A DNA stretch of 64,000 nt, from assembly GCA_040755095.1 (NCBI GenBank), contig JBFMBH010000006.1:1290-65289 (forward strand). The letters run 5' to 3'. Source of the DNA: Thermodesulfobacteriota bacterium. Lineage in GTDB: Bacteria > Desulfobacterota > Desulfobulbia > Desulfobulbales > JBFMBH01. The notes below the pieces were generated by a model, which saw only the letters and a list, made by a program, of their open reading frames with translations, searched no databases and had not been told where the DNA came from. The translations under genes and the position numbers were made by a program. Of the stretch, positions 19,637-29,580 are shown piece after piece. The number at the start of each line of letters is the position of its first letter. The first letter of the stretch is position 1.

Positions 19637-21439
19637 TTAGGCGAAAACAAAGATCATGACGATGGCTGCCACACCGGCCGCTGCCATGAAGATGCCGTAC
19701 TGGAACTGACCCGTCTGGAGATGGCGCAGGTCAGAGCCCACCGACCGCACCCAGCGGGCGATGCCGTCGATGATCAGGTCGATGATGTTCCAGTCGAACC
19801 AGGAGGCGAAGCGGGCCTTGGCCATCAATGGAATGAGTCCCAGATACCGGTAGGCCTCACCCCAGGCGGTGTCCATACCCTGGATCGGCTTCGAGGCCAG
19901 CCACAGGAAGCCACGGCCCCCCATGCGGTAGAACCAGTCGAGGTCGATGGAGATCGTCGGCTCCGGGGCCAGCTTCTTGGTGAAGAGAAAGAAGCCCAGG
20001 GCCGTGAAGAGCAGGATGTTCAAGGTCTCCGACAGGTGGTAGGTGTCGTAGGGATGGTAGTTCGCCGCCACCTCGGGGTAGGGCAGCATATGGTAGAGGT
20101 ACGGGGTGTAGGAGCCGATGAAGATGCACAGGATCGAGGCAATGATCATGGCGCCATTCATGTTCCAGGGCGCCTCCCGGGCCTTGTTCCAGGTCTCTTC
20201 CGAACAGTTGTTCTTCCCGAACCAGATGAAGTACGGCACCTTGAGGCCGGTGTGGAGGAAGGTACCGGCTGAAGCCAGGGTAAGGCCGAAGGCCGCCCAC
20301 AGGATGTGGGACTGGAAAGCCCCCGCCACGATCATCGCCTTGGAGACAAAGCCCGAGAACAGGGGGAAGGCGGAGATCGACAGCCCGCCGATGAGGGTGA
20401 AGACAAAGGCCCAGGGCATGCGCTTATAGAGGCCGCCCAGCTCCGAAAACTTGGCGGTACCGGTGGCGTAGAGCACGGCGCCGGTGCCCATGAACAGGAG
20501 GCCCTTGTAGAGGATGTGGGCGAAGGCATGGGCACAGGTGCCGTTGATGGCCAGCTCGGTGCCGATACCGACCCCCGCCACCATGTAGCCGACCTGGGAG
20601 ATGATGTGATAGGCCAGCAGTCGCCGGGCGTCGTTCTCCAGCACCGCGTACACAACGCCGTAGAGGGCCATGGCCACGCCCAGGGGCACCAGGATATCCA
20701 TGCCGGCCATGGCTCGGGCCAGGGTGTACACCGCGGTCTTGGTGGTGAAGGCGCACATGAAGACCGAGCCGGAGACGGTGGCCTCGGCATACGCATCCGG
20801 CAGCCAGGCGTGCAGCGGCGGCACCGCGGCGTTGAGGATGAAGCCGATCATGATCAGGTAGGTGGCCAGTGTCGGGTTGTCCACCCCCGCGGGTCCAAAG
20901 AAGAGGTCGCCACCGGTCTCCTGGAAGCGGAGCACGAAACCGGCCAGGAGAATGAGCCCACCGGCGGTGTGGACCAGAAGGTACCGGTAGCCGGAGGCCA
21001 GGGCTTTGGCACCCCGCCGGTACCAGACCAGGAAGACCGAGGAGAAGGCCATGAGCTCCCAGAAGACAAAGAGCACCAGGTAGTCACCGCAGAAGACCAC
21101 ACCCAGGGAGCCGGCCACATACAGCCAGGCCGCCATATGCTGGCCGTCCTCCTCGACATTGAGGCCGTACAGGGTGCCGATCAGGCACATGAGGCTCATG
21201 ATATGGGCGAAGACCAGGGTCAGCCGGTCGACGCGGCCAAAGGTCAGGGTCCAGTTCAGGACCTGCACCACGCCATAGGTGCCCTGGGGCATGGCGTACT
21301 GGATGTAGAGGACGTCGGCGAAGGAGGCGATGGGGACCGCCATGAGGAAGATCTTCTTCACCGGCCTCGGCACCAGGGGCAGGAGCAGGGCGCCTGCCAC
21401 CATGATCAAGGTCGGGTGGATCCACAGATCACTTGTCAT
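19637..21439 (-). CDS. Antiporter-like complex I subunit (NuoL/MrpD-like)
   Basis: AAVPPLHAWLPDAYAEATVSGSVFMCAFTTKTAVYTLARAMAG...SQVGYMVAGVGIGTE..., 600 aa, C-terminal helical extension. Confidence 0.88.
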   Translation of the reverse strand: MTSDLWIHPTLIMVAGALLLPLVPRPVKKIFLMAVPIASFADVLYIQYAMPQGTYGVVQVLNWTLTFGRVDRLTLVFAHIMSLMCLIGTLYGLNVEEDGQHMAAWLYVAGSLGVVFCGDYLVLFVFWELMAFSSVFLVWYRRGAKALASGYRYLLVHTAGGLILLAGFVLRFQETGGDLFFGPAGVDNPTLATYLIMIGFILNAAVPPLHAWLPDAYAEATVSGSVFMCAFTTKTAVYTLARAMAGMDILVPLGVAMALYGVVYAVLENDARRLLAYHIISQVGYMVAGVGIGTELAINGTCAHAFAHILYKGLLFMGTGAVLYATGTAKFSELGGLYKRMPWAFVFTLIGGLSISAFPLFSGFVSKAMIVAGAFQSHILWAAFGLTLASAGTFLHTGLKVPYFIWFGKNNCSEETWNKAREAPWNMNGAMIIASILCIFIGSYTPYLYHMLPYPEVAANYHPYDTYHLSETLNILLFTALGFFLFTKKLAPEPTISIDLDWFYRMGGRGFLWLASKPIQGMDTAWGEAYRYLGLIPLMAKARFASWFDWNIIDLIIDGIARWVRSVGSDLRHLQTGQFQYGIFMAAAGVAAIVMIFVFA

Positions 21440-21683
21440 AGTAATCCTCCCGGGTCATGATGCCGAGATGGCCGAACCACTTGGAGACAAAGATGATGAG
21501 GGTGCAGGAGATGAAGCCGAACACCGCCCAGAATCCCGGCCAGTGCTCGGGGCTGGTGTGCGCGTGCTCCTTGCTCACAAAGACGGCATCCCACACCACC
21601 AGGAGTGCCAGCACGATGTAGCAGACCAGAACGACGGTCTTGAGCCGATCGCGCAGGAAGTCGATGAGCTTAACCAAGTCCAT
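21429..21683 (-). CDS. Small membrane protein within nuo cluster (84 aa)
   Basis: Two hydrophobic segments (TVVLVCYIVLALLVVWDAVF; WAVFGFISCTLIIFVSKWFG); overlaps both neighbours. Confidence 0.75.
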   Translation of the reverse strand: MDLVKLIDFLRDRLKTVVLVCYIVLALLVVWDAVFVSKEHAHTSPEHWPGFWAVFGFISCTLIIFVSKWFGHLGIMTREDYYDK

Positions 21684-23157
21684 GGGTCACCGCCTTGATG
21701 AACTGCATGAAGAAGTCCGGATAGATACCCATAATGACCGAGATGATCGCCGTGGCGGTCAGCGGGATGACCATGGCCATCGGCGCCTCCTCCACCTTGT
21801 TGTAGACCACGCCGGCCGGCGGCGCGCCGAAGAAGGCCTTGAAGGCCACTGGCGCGAAGTAGCCGACGTTCAACAGGGTCGAGCTCAGGAGCACCAGGAG
21901 GATGCCGATCTGGTGCGCCTCCAAGGAGCCCATGAGCAGGTACCATTTGCTGATGAAGCCCGCCACTGGCGGCGCGCCGATCATGGACAGGGAAGCGATG
22001 GCGAAGGCGCCGAAGGTGAACGGCATGGCCCGGCCCAGGCCGCTCATCTCCGAGATCTGCTTCTTGTGGGTGGCCACGTAGATGGCGCCGGCGCAGAAGA
22101 ACAGCGTGATCTTGGAGAAGGCGTGATTGGCAATGTGGACGATGCCGCCCTCGATACCGGACGGCGTCAGGAGCGCCACGCCGAGGATGATGTAGGAGAG
22201 CTGGCTCACCGTGGAATAGGCCAGCCGCGCCTTGAGGTTGTCCTTGGACAGGGCGATGATCGAGGCGGTGAGGATGGTGAACGACACCAGATAGGCGGTG
22301 GGGATGCCCAGGTTGAGGCGGGTCATGGTGTCCACGCCGAACACGTAGAGCATCACCCGGGTGGTGGAGAAGACGCCGATCTTGACCACGGCCACCGCGT
22401 GGAGGAGGGCAGAGACCGGGGTAGGCGCCACCATCGCCGAAGGCAGCCAGTTGTGGAAGGGCATGACGCCGTTCTTGGCAAACCCGAAGATGCAGCAGAC
22501 GAACATGATGGTCACCAGGAGCGGGTTGGCATCCGCCGGGATGATGCCGGTGCGGATGTTGTCCGGGAACTCCAGGTGGCCGTTCATGACGTAGAGAAGC
22601 GCCATGGTGGGCAGGACCATCCCCTTGGCCGTGGTGGTCAGGTAGACGATGTACTTCTTGGCGCCTTCGTACGACTCGGTGTCCTGGTGATGCGCAACCA
22701 GGGGGTAGGTGCACACCGAGACGATCTCATAGAAGAGATACAGGGTGAACATGTTACCGGCCATGGCGCCACCCACCGCGCCAAAGAGGGCCAGGGCGAA
22801 GCAGGCGGAGAACCGGGTCTGGGCATGCTCGTGCAGGCCCCGCATGTAGCCCAGGGAGTACCACACCGCCAGCATCCACAGGAAGGAGGCCACCAGGGCG
22901 AAGACCATGCCGAAGGCGTCAACCCGGAAGGTCACCGACAGACCGGGCAGGATCTTGAACAGGGTGTACTCGACCCGGTTGCCGGCCCAGACAATGGGCA
23001 GGATGAAGTAGGCGATAATCCCGAACTTGACGACAGCGGCGGTAAAGTGCACCCCCTCCCGCAGGTTGCCGTTCCGGCGGGTCAGCAGGATGCCGATGAC
23101 GCCGGTCAAGGACGTCAGGAGGGCCCAGACGGGCGCGGGCGATACGACGGTCTCCAT
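21670..23157 (-). CDS. Monovalent cation/H+ antiporter subunit D-like protein
   Basis: AKNGVMPFHNWLPSAMVAPTPVSALLHAVAVVKIGVFSTTRVMLY...LSYIILGVALLTPSGIEGGIVHIANHAFSKITLFFCAGAI. Confidence 0.9.
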   Translation of the reverse strand: METVVSPAPVWALLTSLTGVIGILLTRRNGNLREGVHFTAAVVKFGIIAYFILPIVWAGNRVEYTLFKILPGLSVTFRVDAFGMVFALVASFLWMLAVWYSLGYMRGLHEHAQTRFSACFALALFGAVGGAMAGNMFTLYLFYEIVSVCTYPLVAHHQDTESYEGAKKYIVYLTTTAKGMVLPTMALLYVMNGHLEFPDNIRTGIIPADANPLLVTIMFVCCIFGFAKNGVMPFHNWLPSAMVAPTPVSALLHAVAVVKIGVFSTTRVMLYVFGVDTMTRLNLGIPTAYLVSFTILTASIIALSKDNLKARLAYSTVSQLSYIILGVALLTPSGIEGGIVHIANHAFSKITLFFCAGAIYVATHKKQISEMSGLGRAMPFTFGAFAIASLSMIGAPPVAGFISKWYLLMGSLEAHQIGILLVLLSSTLLNVGYFAPVAFKAFFGAPPAGVVYNKVEEAPMAMVIPLTATAIISVIMGIYPDFFMQFIKAVTHGLG

Positions 23158-23175
23158 AACGGTCTCCCTTCCCTC

Positions 23176-23496
23176 CTATCCTTTCAGCTCCGCCACATCG
23201 TCAACGACGATGGACTTGTAGTTGCGGTAGACGGCCAGGATGATCGACAGAGCGATGGCCGCCTCGGCGGCGGCGATGCCCATGATGAACAGGGTGAAGA
23301 CCTGACCGGACACCGGATCCGGCACCAGGAAGCGGTTGAAGGCCATGAAGTTGATCGAGGCGCCGGACAGGATCAGCTCCGAGGCGATGAGCATACCGAT
23401 CAGGGTGCGGCGGTGGATGATACCGTAGATGCCGATGGCAAACATGAAGGCACCCACGATGAGGTAGGTCTGCAGGTTGGCTGCGAGGGTCAGCAT
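23176..23496 (-). CDS. nuoK: NADH-quinone oxidoreductase subunit K
   Basis: IGIYGIIHRRTLIGMLIASELILSGASINFMAFNRF...AAEAAIALSIILAVYRN. Confidence 0.95.
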   Translation of the reverse strand: MLTLAANLQTYLIVGAFMFAIGIYGIIHRRTLIGMLIASELILSGASINFMAFNRFLVPDPVSGQVFTLFIMGIAAAEAAIALSIILAVYRNYKSIVVDDVAELKG

Positions 23497-23497
23497 T

Positions 23498-24022
23498 TCA
23501 GGTCCCCCTTCCGGAACGGGCCAGCACCAGGGAGCCGACGATGGCCACCAGAAGCACCACCGAGATGAGCTCGAACACCATGCTGTAGCTGGTCAAGAGC
23601 TCCTGGCCAATGCGCTCAATGGAGCCGTCCCCCACCCGCTCCGCCGCCGCTGGCCAGTTGGTCAGGGCACCCAGCTGGGCCAGGCCCGCGAACAGGGCCA
23701 GGCCGGTCAGGCCCCCCAGGAGTGCGGTCACTGGCCCGGAGCCCGCCACATCCCTGGGCTGGGGGTCGGCAAGCATCACCGCGAAGACGATGGTGACACA
23801 GACCGCGCCGACATAGATCAGGATCTGCATGATCGACACGAAGGGGCTCTCCAGATAATAGTAGAGGCCGGCCACCCCCAGGAACGAGAGGGCCAGGCCG
23901 GCCACCGCGCGCACCAGGCGAGCTGAGCCGACGGCAATGATGGCGCCCACAACCGTCACCACCAGCACCCCCAAAAAGACGAGACCGGACATCCCGTCGG
24001 CCGAGAGCAGGACAGGGTTCAT
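23498..24022 (-). CDS. nuoJ: NADH-quinone oxidoreductase subunit J
   Basis: LSFLGVAGLYYYLESPFVSIMQILIYVGAVCVTIVFAVML; trimmed to MNPVLLS start. Confidence 0.92.
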   Translation of the reverse strand: MNPVLLSADGMSGLVFLGVLVVTVVGAIIAVGSARLVRAVAGLALSFLGVAGLYYYLESPFVSIMQILIYVGAVCVTIVFAVMLADPQPRDVAGSGPVTALLGGLTGLALFAGLAQLGALTNWPAAAERVGDGSIERIGQELLTSYSMVFELISVVLLVAIVGSLVLARSGRGT

Positions 24023-24462
24023 GGCTTGCGCTCCTTGAGCCTTTTCACCAGGTCGAAGACGAAGTCCTCCCGGCGTTGGCTGGCCAGGTTGTAGTCCATG
24101 GAGAAGCGGATCGCGCCGGGCTTGCAGTTCTCGACACACTGGCCGCACAGACTGCACTTGGTGAAGTCGAGGGTGTACTCGGTGAGCACCTTCTTCTTGG
24201 TGGCCTCGTCCTTGGCGCCCGAGACGCTGATGCAGTCCGAGGGACAGCCCTTCTGGCACAGGCCACAGACGATGCAGATGGACTCGCCGGTCTCCGGATC
24301 CGGGGTCAGCTCAATATGGCCCCGGAAGCGGGGCTTCATCTTGAGGCTCTGGTGGGGGTACTGGACCGTGACCACCGGCCCCACCATGTGCTTGAAGGTG
24401 ATGCCCAGCCCGACCGCCAGGCTGGTGGCGCCGTCGATGATCTCTTTGAAGTAGCCACTCAT
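24019..24462 (-). CDS. nuoI: NADH-quinone oxidoreductase subunit I (2x[4Fe-4S])
   Basis: [18 protein letters not shown] and [19 protein letters not shown]; trimmed to MSGYFKEI start. Confidence 0.94.
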   Translation of the reverse strand: MSGYFKEIIDGATSLAVGLGITFKHMVGPVVTVQYPHQSLKMKPRFRGHIELTPDPETGESICIVCGLCQKGCPSDCISVSGAKDEATKKKVLTEYTLDFTKCSLCGQCVENCKPGAIRFSMDYNLASQRREDFVFDLVKRLKERKP

Positions 24463-25454
24463 GACCCGAGCACCTTGAGCGTTGCAGCGGTGAGGAGGAG
24501 ATTCACCAGGGAGTAAGGGATCAGGATCTTCCACGACAGATTCAGGAGGCCATAAAAGGTGGTACGCGGGTACGTCCAGCGGACCCACATCACAACGTAG
24601 ATCAGGAAGTAAACCTTCAGCAGGAACCAGTGGATGCCGGGGAAGAGCCCGAAGGGGCACTGCCAGCCGCCCAGGAAGAGGATGACCGCCAGGGCGCAGC
24701 CGACAAAGACGTTGGCATACTCACCCAGGAAGAAGACACCGAAGCCCATGCCCGAGTATTCGGTGAAGGCGCCGGCCACCAGCTCGCTTTCCGCCTCCAC
24801 CATGTCGAAGGGGGCGCGGTTGGTCTCCGCCATGGAGCAGATGAAGAAGAGCAGAAAGGAGATCGGGGCAAGCGGCGTTTCCCAGATCCGGAACACATAC
24901 CACTGCAGGATGTTGGGCTGCTGGCGGACAATCTCGTTGAGGTTCATGGTACCGGTCACCATCACCATGGTGATGATGATGATGAGCATGGGGATCTCAT
25001 AGGCCAGGTTCTGCGAAACGGCGCGGGCCGCCGAGATGACAGCATATTTGTTGGCCGAGCCCCAGCCGGCCAGGAGCAGGCCCAGAACAGTCACCGAGGC
25101 GAAGGCCAGGATGAGGATGATACCGACGTTGATATCCCGGACCACCAGGCTCTCGGAGAAGGGCAGCACCACATAGGACATCACCGCCGGCGTCATGACC
25201 ATAAGCGGTGCCACCCGAAACAGGGTGGCGTCGGCATCCCGCGGTATGATGAGCTGCTTGCTCATGAGCTTGATGCCGTCGGCAAAGGACTGCAGGATGC
25301 CAAAGGGTCCCACCTCCTTGGGCCCGATCCGGACCTGGATGTGGCCGGCGACCTTGCGCTCCAGCCACACCAGAAAGGAGGCGTTCAGGGCGACAAAGGC
25401 CAGCACCACCACCAGGCCGCCGATCAACCAGGACAGTTCGAATTGCGAGCTCAT
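24459..25454 (-). CDS. nuoH: NADH-quinone oxidoreductase subunit H
   Basis: [66 protein letters not shown]; trimmed to MSSQFELSW. Confidence 0.95.
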   Translation of the reverse strand: MSSQFELSWLIGGLVVVLAFVALNASFLVWLERKVAGHIQVRIGPKEVGPFGILQSFADGIKLMSKQLIIPRDADATLFRVAPLMVMTPAVMSYVVLPFSESLVVRDINVGIILILAFASVTVLGLLLAGWGSANKYAVISAARAVSQNLAYEIPMLIIIITMVMVTGTMNLNEIVRQQPNILQWYVFRIWETPLAPISFLLFFICSMAETNRAPFDMVEAESELVAGAFTEYSGMGFGVFFLGEYANVFVGCALAVILFLGGWQCPFGLFPGIHWFLLKVYFLIYVVMWVRWTYPRTTFYGLLNLSWKILIPYSLVNLLLTAATLKVLGS

Positions 25455-25498
25455 GGGCAACGATACCCTCCGACCCCAGTGGGCAGGGCCTTGTAGGA

Positions 25499-26626
25499 CT
25501 AGCGATCGATCTCCGGGATGACCAGGTCGAGGCTGCCCATGATGGCGATGGCATCGGCAAGCAGGCAGCCCTGGCTGACCTCGGCAAAGAGACTCAGGTT
25601 GGAGAAGGACGGCGACCTGAGCTTCAGGCGGTATGGGGTGTTGGTGCCGTCGCTCACCAGATGGATGCCGAACTCGCCCCGCGCCGCCTCCACCGCACAA
25701 TAGATGTCGCCCTTGGGCGGCTTCAGGATCTTCGGCACCTTCTCGGCCTTGTAGGGTCCGTCCGGCAGCTTGTCCAGGGCCTGCTCGATGATGCGGCAGC
25801 TCTCCAGCATCTCGTCCATGCGCACCATGTAGCGGGCCATGGAGTCGCCTTCCGAGTAGATGGGCACGTTGAACTCGAAATCCTTGTACACCGAGTAGGG
25901 CTCGTTCTTCCGGACATCGTAGGAAACCCCGGAGCCCCGCAGCACCGGGCCGGTGGCCCCGTACTTGCGGCAGGTCTCAGGGCTGATGTAGCCAATGTCC
26001 TTGAGCCGCTTGATCAGAATGATGTTGGTGGTCACCAGCTTGTGGTACATGGGCACCCGGGCGCGCATCCGCTGCACGAACTCCCGGGTGCCGGCGATGA
26101 ATTCCTCGTCGATGTCGTTGTACACGCCGCCGAAGCGGAAGTAGCAGTAGGTGAGCCGGGCACCGGTCACCATCTCCAGAAGATCCAGAAGCCGCTCCCT
26201 GTCGTCAAAGGCGTAGAGGAGCGGGGTGAAGCCGCCCAGGTCCAGGACATAGGCCCCGAACCACAGCAGATGGCTGGAGATGCGGTTGAGCTCGGTGGTG
26301 ATCACCCGGATGTACTCGGCCCGGGGTGGCACCTCGATACCGGCGGCCCGCTCCACGGCGCAGACATGGCCGTGGTTGTAGGACAGGGCCGACAGGTAGT
26401 CCATCCGTGCCGGATTGGGCAGAAACTGGGCGTAGGTGCGGTTTTCACCCATCTTCTCGTGCATGCGATGGATATAGCCCAGGACCGGCTCGGCCTCGGC
26501 GATGTACTCGCCGTCCATCACCAGCTTGACCCGGAGCACGCCGTGGGTGCTCGGGTGCTGGGGACCGAGATTGAGGACAAAGGTCTCCTTCTGGAAGCTC
26601 GGAGTGACGTGGGCGAGGGGGCTCAT
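25499..26626 (-). CDS. nuoD: NADH-quinone oxidoreductase subunit D
   Basis: [25 protein letters not shown]...[16 protein letters not shown]...[36 protein letters not shown]. Confidence 0.96.
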   Translation of the reverse strand: MSPLAHVTPSFQKETFVLNLGPQHPSTHGVLRVKLVMDGEYIAEAEPVLGYIHRMHEKMGENRTYAQFLPNPARMDYLSALSYNHGHVCAVERAAGIEVPPRAEYIRVITTELNRISSHLLWFGAYVLDLGGFTPLLYAFDDRERLLDLLEMVTGARLTYCYFRFGGVYNDIDEEFIAGTREFVQRMRARVPMYHKLVTTNIILIKRLKDIGYISPETCRKYGATGPVLRGSGVSYDVRKNEPYSVYKDFEFNVPIYSEGDSMARYMVRMDEMLESCRIIEQALDKLPDGPYKAEKVPKILKPPKGDIYCAVEAARGEFGIHLVSDGTNTPYRLKLRSPSFSNLSLFAEVSQGCLLADAIAIMGSLDLVIPEIDR

Positions 26627-27072
26627 CCGTTCAGTCCTTTGAAATCCTTCCGGAGGGGATGGAAATCGGCATCCTCGGGCAGGAGCAGCGGCACCAGGTA
26701 GGGATGGCCCGCAAAGCGGATGCCGAAAAAGTCATGGGTCTCCCGCTCGTGCCAGTTGGCACCGGGGTAGATGCCGGAGATGCTGGGCACCTCCGGGTTG
26801 TCCCGGGGAGCCCGGGTGCGGATCACCACCCGGCAGGTCTCCTGGACATGGGCGAAGTGGTAGACCACCTCCATCTCCCCGGCGGCCAGCCAGTCCACCC
26901 CGCAGACATCCTCCAGGAAGAAGCCCAGCCCGTCCACCGCCTTGACCGCGGCGAGCACCTGGTCCACCGCCACCGCCGCGTCCACGTGGTAGCCCTTGGC
27001 CTTGTAATCGGTCTCCTGGACCCCTTCCGGGGTGATGGCCGCCAGGGCGGCCCGGGCCTTGTCGCGCAGCAT
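26623..27072 (-). CDS. nuoC: NADH-quinone oxidoreductase subunit C
   Basis: NPEVPSISGIYPGANWHERETHDFFGIRFAGHPYLVPLLLPEDADFHPLRKDF. Confidence 0.94.
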   Translation of the reverse strand: MLRDKARAALAAITPEGVQETDYKAKGYHVDAAVAVDQVLAAVKAVDGLGFFLEDVCGVDWLAAGEMEVVYHFAHVQETCRVVIRTRAPRDNPEVPSISGIYPGANWHERETHDFFGIRFAGHPYLVPLLLPEDADFHPLRKDFKGLNG

Positions 27073-27073
27073 G

Positions 27074-27571
27074 TCAGACGGCCTCCACCCGGGGCCACCG
27101 GCGATGGCCCGTAATCTTCTCTTCCAGGGCCATGATGCCCTCCAGGAGGGCCTCTGGCCGCGGCGGGCAGCCAGGGATGTAGATATCCACCGGCAGGAAC
27201 TTGTCCGCCCCCTCAACGATGCCGTACTGGCCTTCGAAGACGAAGGGGCCACCCGAGATGGCGCAGTTGCCCATGGCGATGACCCACTTGGGCTCGGGCA
27301 TCTGGTCATAGAGGGTCTGGACGGCCGGTGCCATCTTGCGGCTGATGGTGCCGGCCACGATCATCACGTCCGCCTGCCGGGCGGAGGGGCGAAAAACCCC
27401 GGCCCCGAAACGGTCGATGTCGAAACGGCAGGCACCGGTGGCCATCATCTCGATGGCGCAGCAGGCAAGGCCAAAGGTCATAGGCCACAGGGAATTGGCC
27501 CGGCCGATGGCCAGGACCTTGTCCACAGCCGCGAACTGGATTACTGGCGAGTGTAGGTTTTGCGCTCCCAC
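27074..27571 (-). CDS. nuoB: NADH-quinone oxidoreductase subunit B
   Basis: [32 protein letters not shown]...[15 protein letters not shown]; probable GTG start at 27571 overlapping nuoA. Confidence 0.94.
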   Translation of the reverse strand: MGAQNLHSPVIQFAAVDKVLAIGRANSLWPMTFGLACCAIEMMATGACRFDIDRFGAGVFRPSARQADVMIVAGTISRKMAPAVQTLYDQMPEPKWVIAMGNCAISGGPFVFEGQYGIVEGADKFLPVDIYIPGCPPRPEALLEGIMALEEKITGHRRWPRVEAV

Positions 27572-27942
27572 GTGAAAACTCCCTTCTTCCAGGCATAGAC
27601 GATGGCCAGGGACAGGATGCCGACGAAGATGACGATCTCCACCAGGGACCGGATCCCGGCGACCTCCTTGTAGGTCAGGGCCACCGGAAAGAGGTAAAGG
27701 ACGTCGACATCGAAGGCGATGAACATCAGGGCATACAGGTAGTAGACGATGCCGAAGCGGATCCAGGCGGGCCCGATGGGGTCCATGCCGCATTCGTAGA
27801 TCTGCAGCGTCCTGGGGCGGATGCCTCGGGGGGCCAGGAGGTTGGCGATGATGAAGGGGCCGATCGCAAAGACCAGCCCGCCCAGGAAGAAGGCCACCAC
27901 GAAGAGGTGGTCATAAAGAGCGGTTTGCTGCACGGCGCGCAC
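27541..27942 (-). CDS. nuoA: NADH-quinone oxidoreductase subunit A
   Basis: [41 protein letters not shown]. Confidence 0.95.
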   Translation of the reverse strand: MRAVQQTALYDHLFVVAFFLGGLVFAIGPFIIANLLAPRGIRPRTLQIYECGMDPIGPAWIRFGIVYYLYALMFIAFDVDVLYLFPVALTYKEVAGIRSLVEIVIFVGILSLAIVYAWKKGVFTWERKTYTRQ

Positions 27943-27983
27943 TCCTTGGAAAAGGGTTGTTCATGGGCGGCAGCGTTCCGGGT

Positions 27984-28012
27984 TTCTTAATGCATGCAAT
28001 CAGGGTTGTCAA
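27984..28012 (-). promoter_or_regulatory. Candidate sigma70 promoter for the nuo operon
   Basis: Minus strand TTGACA (28012-28007), 17-nt spacer, TAAGAA (27989-27984), about 40 bp upstream of nuoA. Confidence 0.5.
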
Positions 28013-28202
28013 GGAAATACTGAATGATGATTCAGAAAGGCTCATCCCCGCCAGGCCGCGGCCGGTGCCGGCTGGCGGGCAGCGGCCCGGCCATGGAGCG
28101 TCCTGGCCGGGCTCTCCATGGGCTGACTGCTGAAAACAATTCATCCTCGATGCCCGTTGTGGCCCGAGGCCAGGCGCCCCCTTTTGCCTCCACCATGGTA
28201 GA

Positions 28203-29549
28203 ATGCCGTCCATGCGCCGCCTCTTCGAAGTCATGATCCTTTCCGTGGCCCTCCTGGGCCTGGTCCTCTTCTTCCTGACCCCGCCGCCAGGCCGGCAGGA
28301 TGGCAGCGCCCTTCGGGGTGACCGGTCACGTCCCGCAGGGGGCGGAGCTGGCTCTGCAGCTGGGACGGGCGAGGAGCGGCCGGAGAAAGGCTTGGGCCCT
28401 GGAGAGGACGCTCCGCCCACCGCCCACCGTATCCAGCAGCGGGCCGGCATCGGCCGGGAGGAAAGGGCGCCGGGCCGGATCCCCGGAGAGTGGATCGTCC
28501 GTTTCGCCAGCCAGGCCGACCTGGAGGCCTTCCTGGCCCGGGCGGCTGCTTTGGGACTGGTGGCGGTGGATCGGCTGGACGGTCTTCTGGCGGTGCGGGT
28601 GCGGGGCAGCCGCGCCCAGCTGGAGGCGGCCCTGGCCGGCAGCACCGGGCCCTTTGAGCTGGCCGGCAACTTCCGGATCTCGGCCCCGGATCGGCCGCCG
28701 CCCCCTCCGGACGTAGACGTGGATTCCCTGCAGCCCTTCGGGGACACGGCGCCGGAATGGCTGGGAGCCGACCCCGCCTGCCCCGGGCAAGGTAGTGGCG
28801 TCACGGTGGCGGTGCTGGACACCGGCATCCGGCCTCATCCCACCCTGGCGTCGGCGCGGATCAGATCCCTGGATCTGCTGGGCGACCAGGCGGCGGCAGC
28901 GGGCGACTACGCCGGCCACGGCTCAGCCATCGCCAGCCTGATCGCCGGCAGCCATCCCCTGGCCCCGGGCATGGCCCCCCAGGCCGAGATCCTGGACATC
29001 CGGGTTCTGGATGCCAACGGCGTCGGCGATGTTTTCACCTTGGCCAAGGGGATCACGGCGGCCGCTGACGCCGGCGCCCAGATCATCAACCTCAGCCTGG
29101 GCGGCTACGGCTACCCCCCCGTCCTCCAGGAGGCCATCCGCTATGCCAGCGCCCAGGGCGCTCTGGTCGTGGCGGCGGCGGGCAACGACGGTGGCAGCGC
29201 TGTCCTCTATCCTGCCCGCTCCCCGGAGGTGGTGGCGGTGGGCGCCGTCGATGCGAAGGGTGCCCACGTCCCCTATTCCAATCAGGGCCAGGACCTGGAC
29301 CTGGTCGCCCCGGGCTTTGGCGTCAACGCCGCCTGGGTCGAGGACCAGCTGGTGCTCTTCAGCGGCACGTCGGCAGCCACCGCCCTGGTCTCCGGCCTGG
29401 CGGCCGTGCTGTTGTCCCGAGGCCAGACGGATCTCACCCCGGAGGGCCTGGCGGACCTCCTGGTGGAAATCAGCCGCGATGCCGGCGAGCCGGGCAGGGA
29501 CGACCGGTTCGGCGCCGGCATCCCGGCCCTTCCCCCCTGCCCCTGGTAA
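28203..29549 (+). CDS. S8 subtilisin-family serine protease, secreted/membrane-anchored
   Basis: N-terminal hydrophobic anchor, VTVAVLDTGIRPHP, YAGHGSAIASLIAG, SGTSAATALVSGLAAVLL (Asp-His-Ser triad). Confidence 0.93.
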   Translation: MPSMRRLFEVMILSVALLGLVLFFLTPPPGRQDGSALRGDRSRPAGGGAGSAAGTGEERPEKGLGPGEDAPPTAHRIQQRAGIGREERAPGRIPGEWIVRFASQADLEAFLARAAALGLVAVDRLDGLLAVRVRGSRAQLEAALAGSTGPFELAGNFRISAPDRPPPPPDVDVDSLQPFGDTAPEWLGADPACPGQGSGVTVAVLDTGIRPHPTLASARIRSLDLLGDQAAAAGDYAGHGSAIASLIAGSHPLAPGMAPQAEILDIRVLDANGVGDVFTLAKGITAAADAGAQIINLSLGGYGYPPVLQEAIRYASAQGALVVAAAGNDGGSAVLYPARSPEVVAVGAVDAKGAHVPYSNQGQDLDLVAPGFGVNAAWVEDQLVLFSGTSAATALVSGLAAVLLSRGQTDLTPEGLADLLVEISRDAGEPGRDDRFGAGIPALPPCPW

Positions 29550-29580
29550 GACCGGCATCCCTTCCTGAGGAGGCCCCTTA

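Noticed and set aside
27074-27793. Extended 239-aa nuoB ORF
   Set aside because: Residues upstream of [13 protein letters not shown] are nuoA sequence read out of frame.
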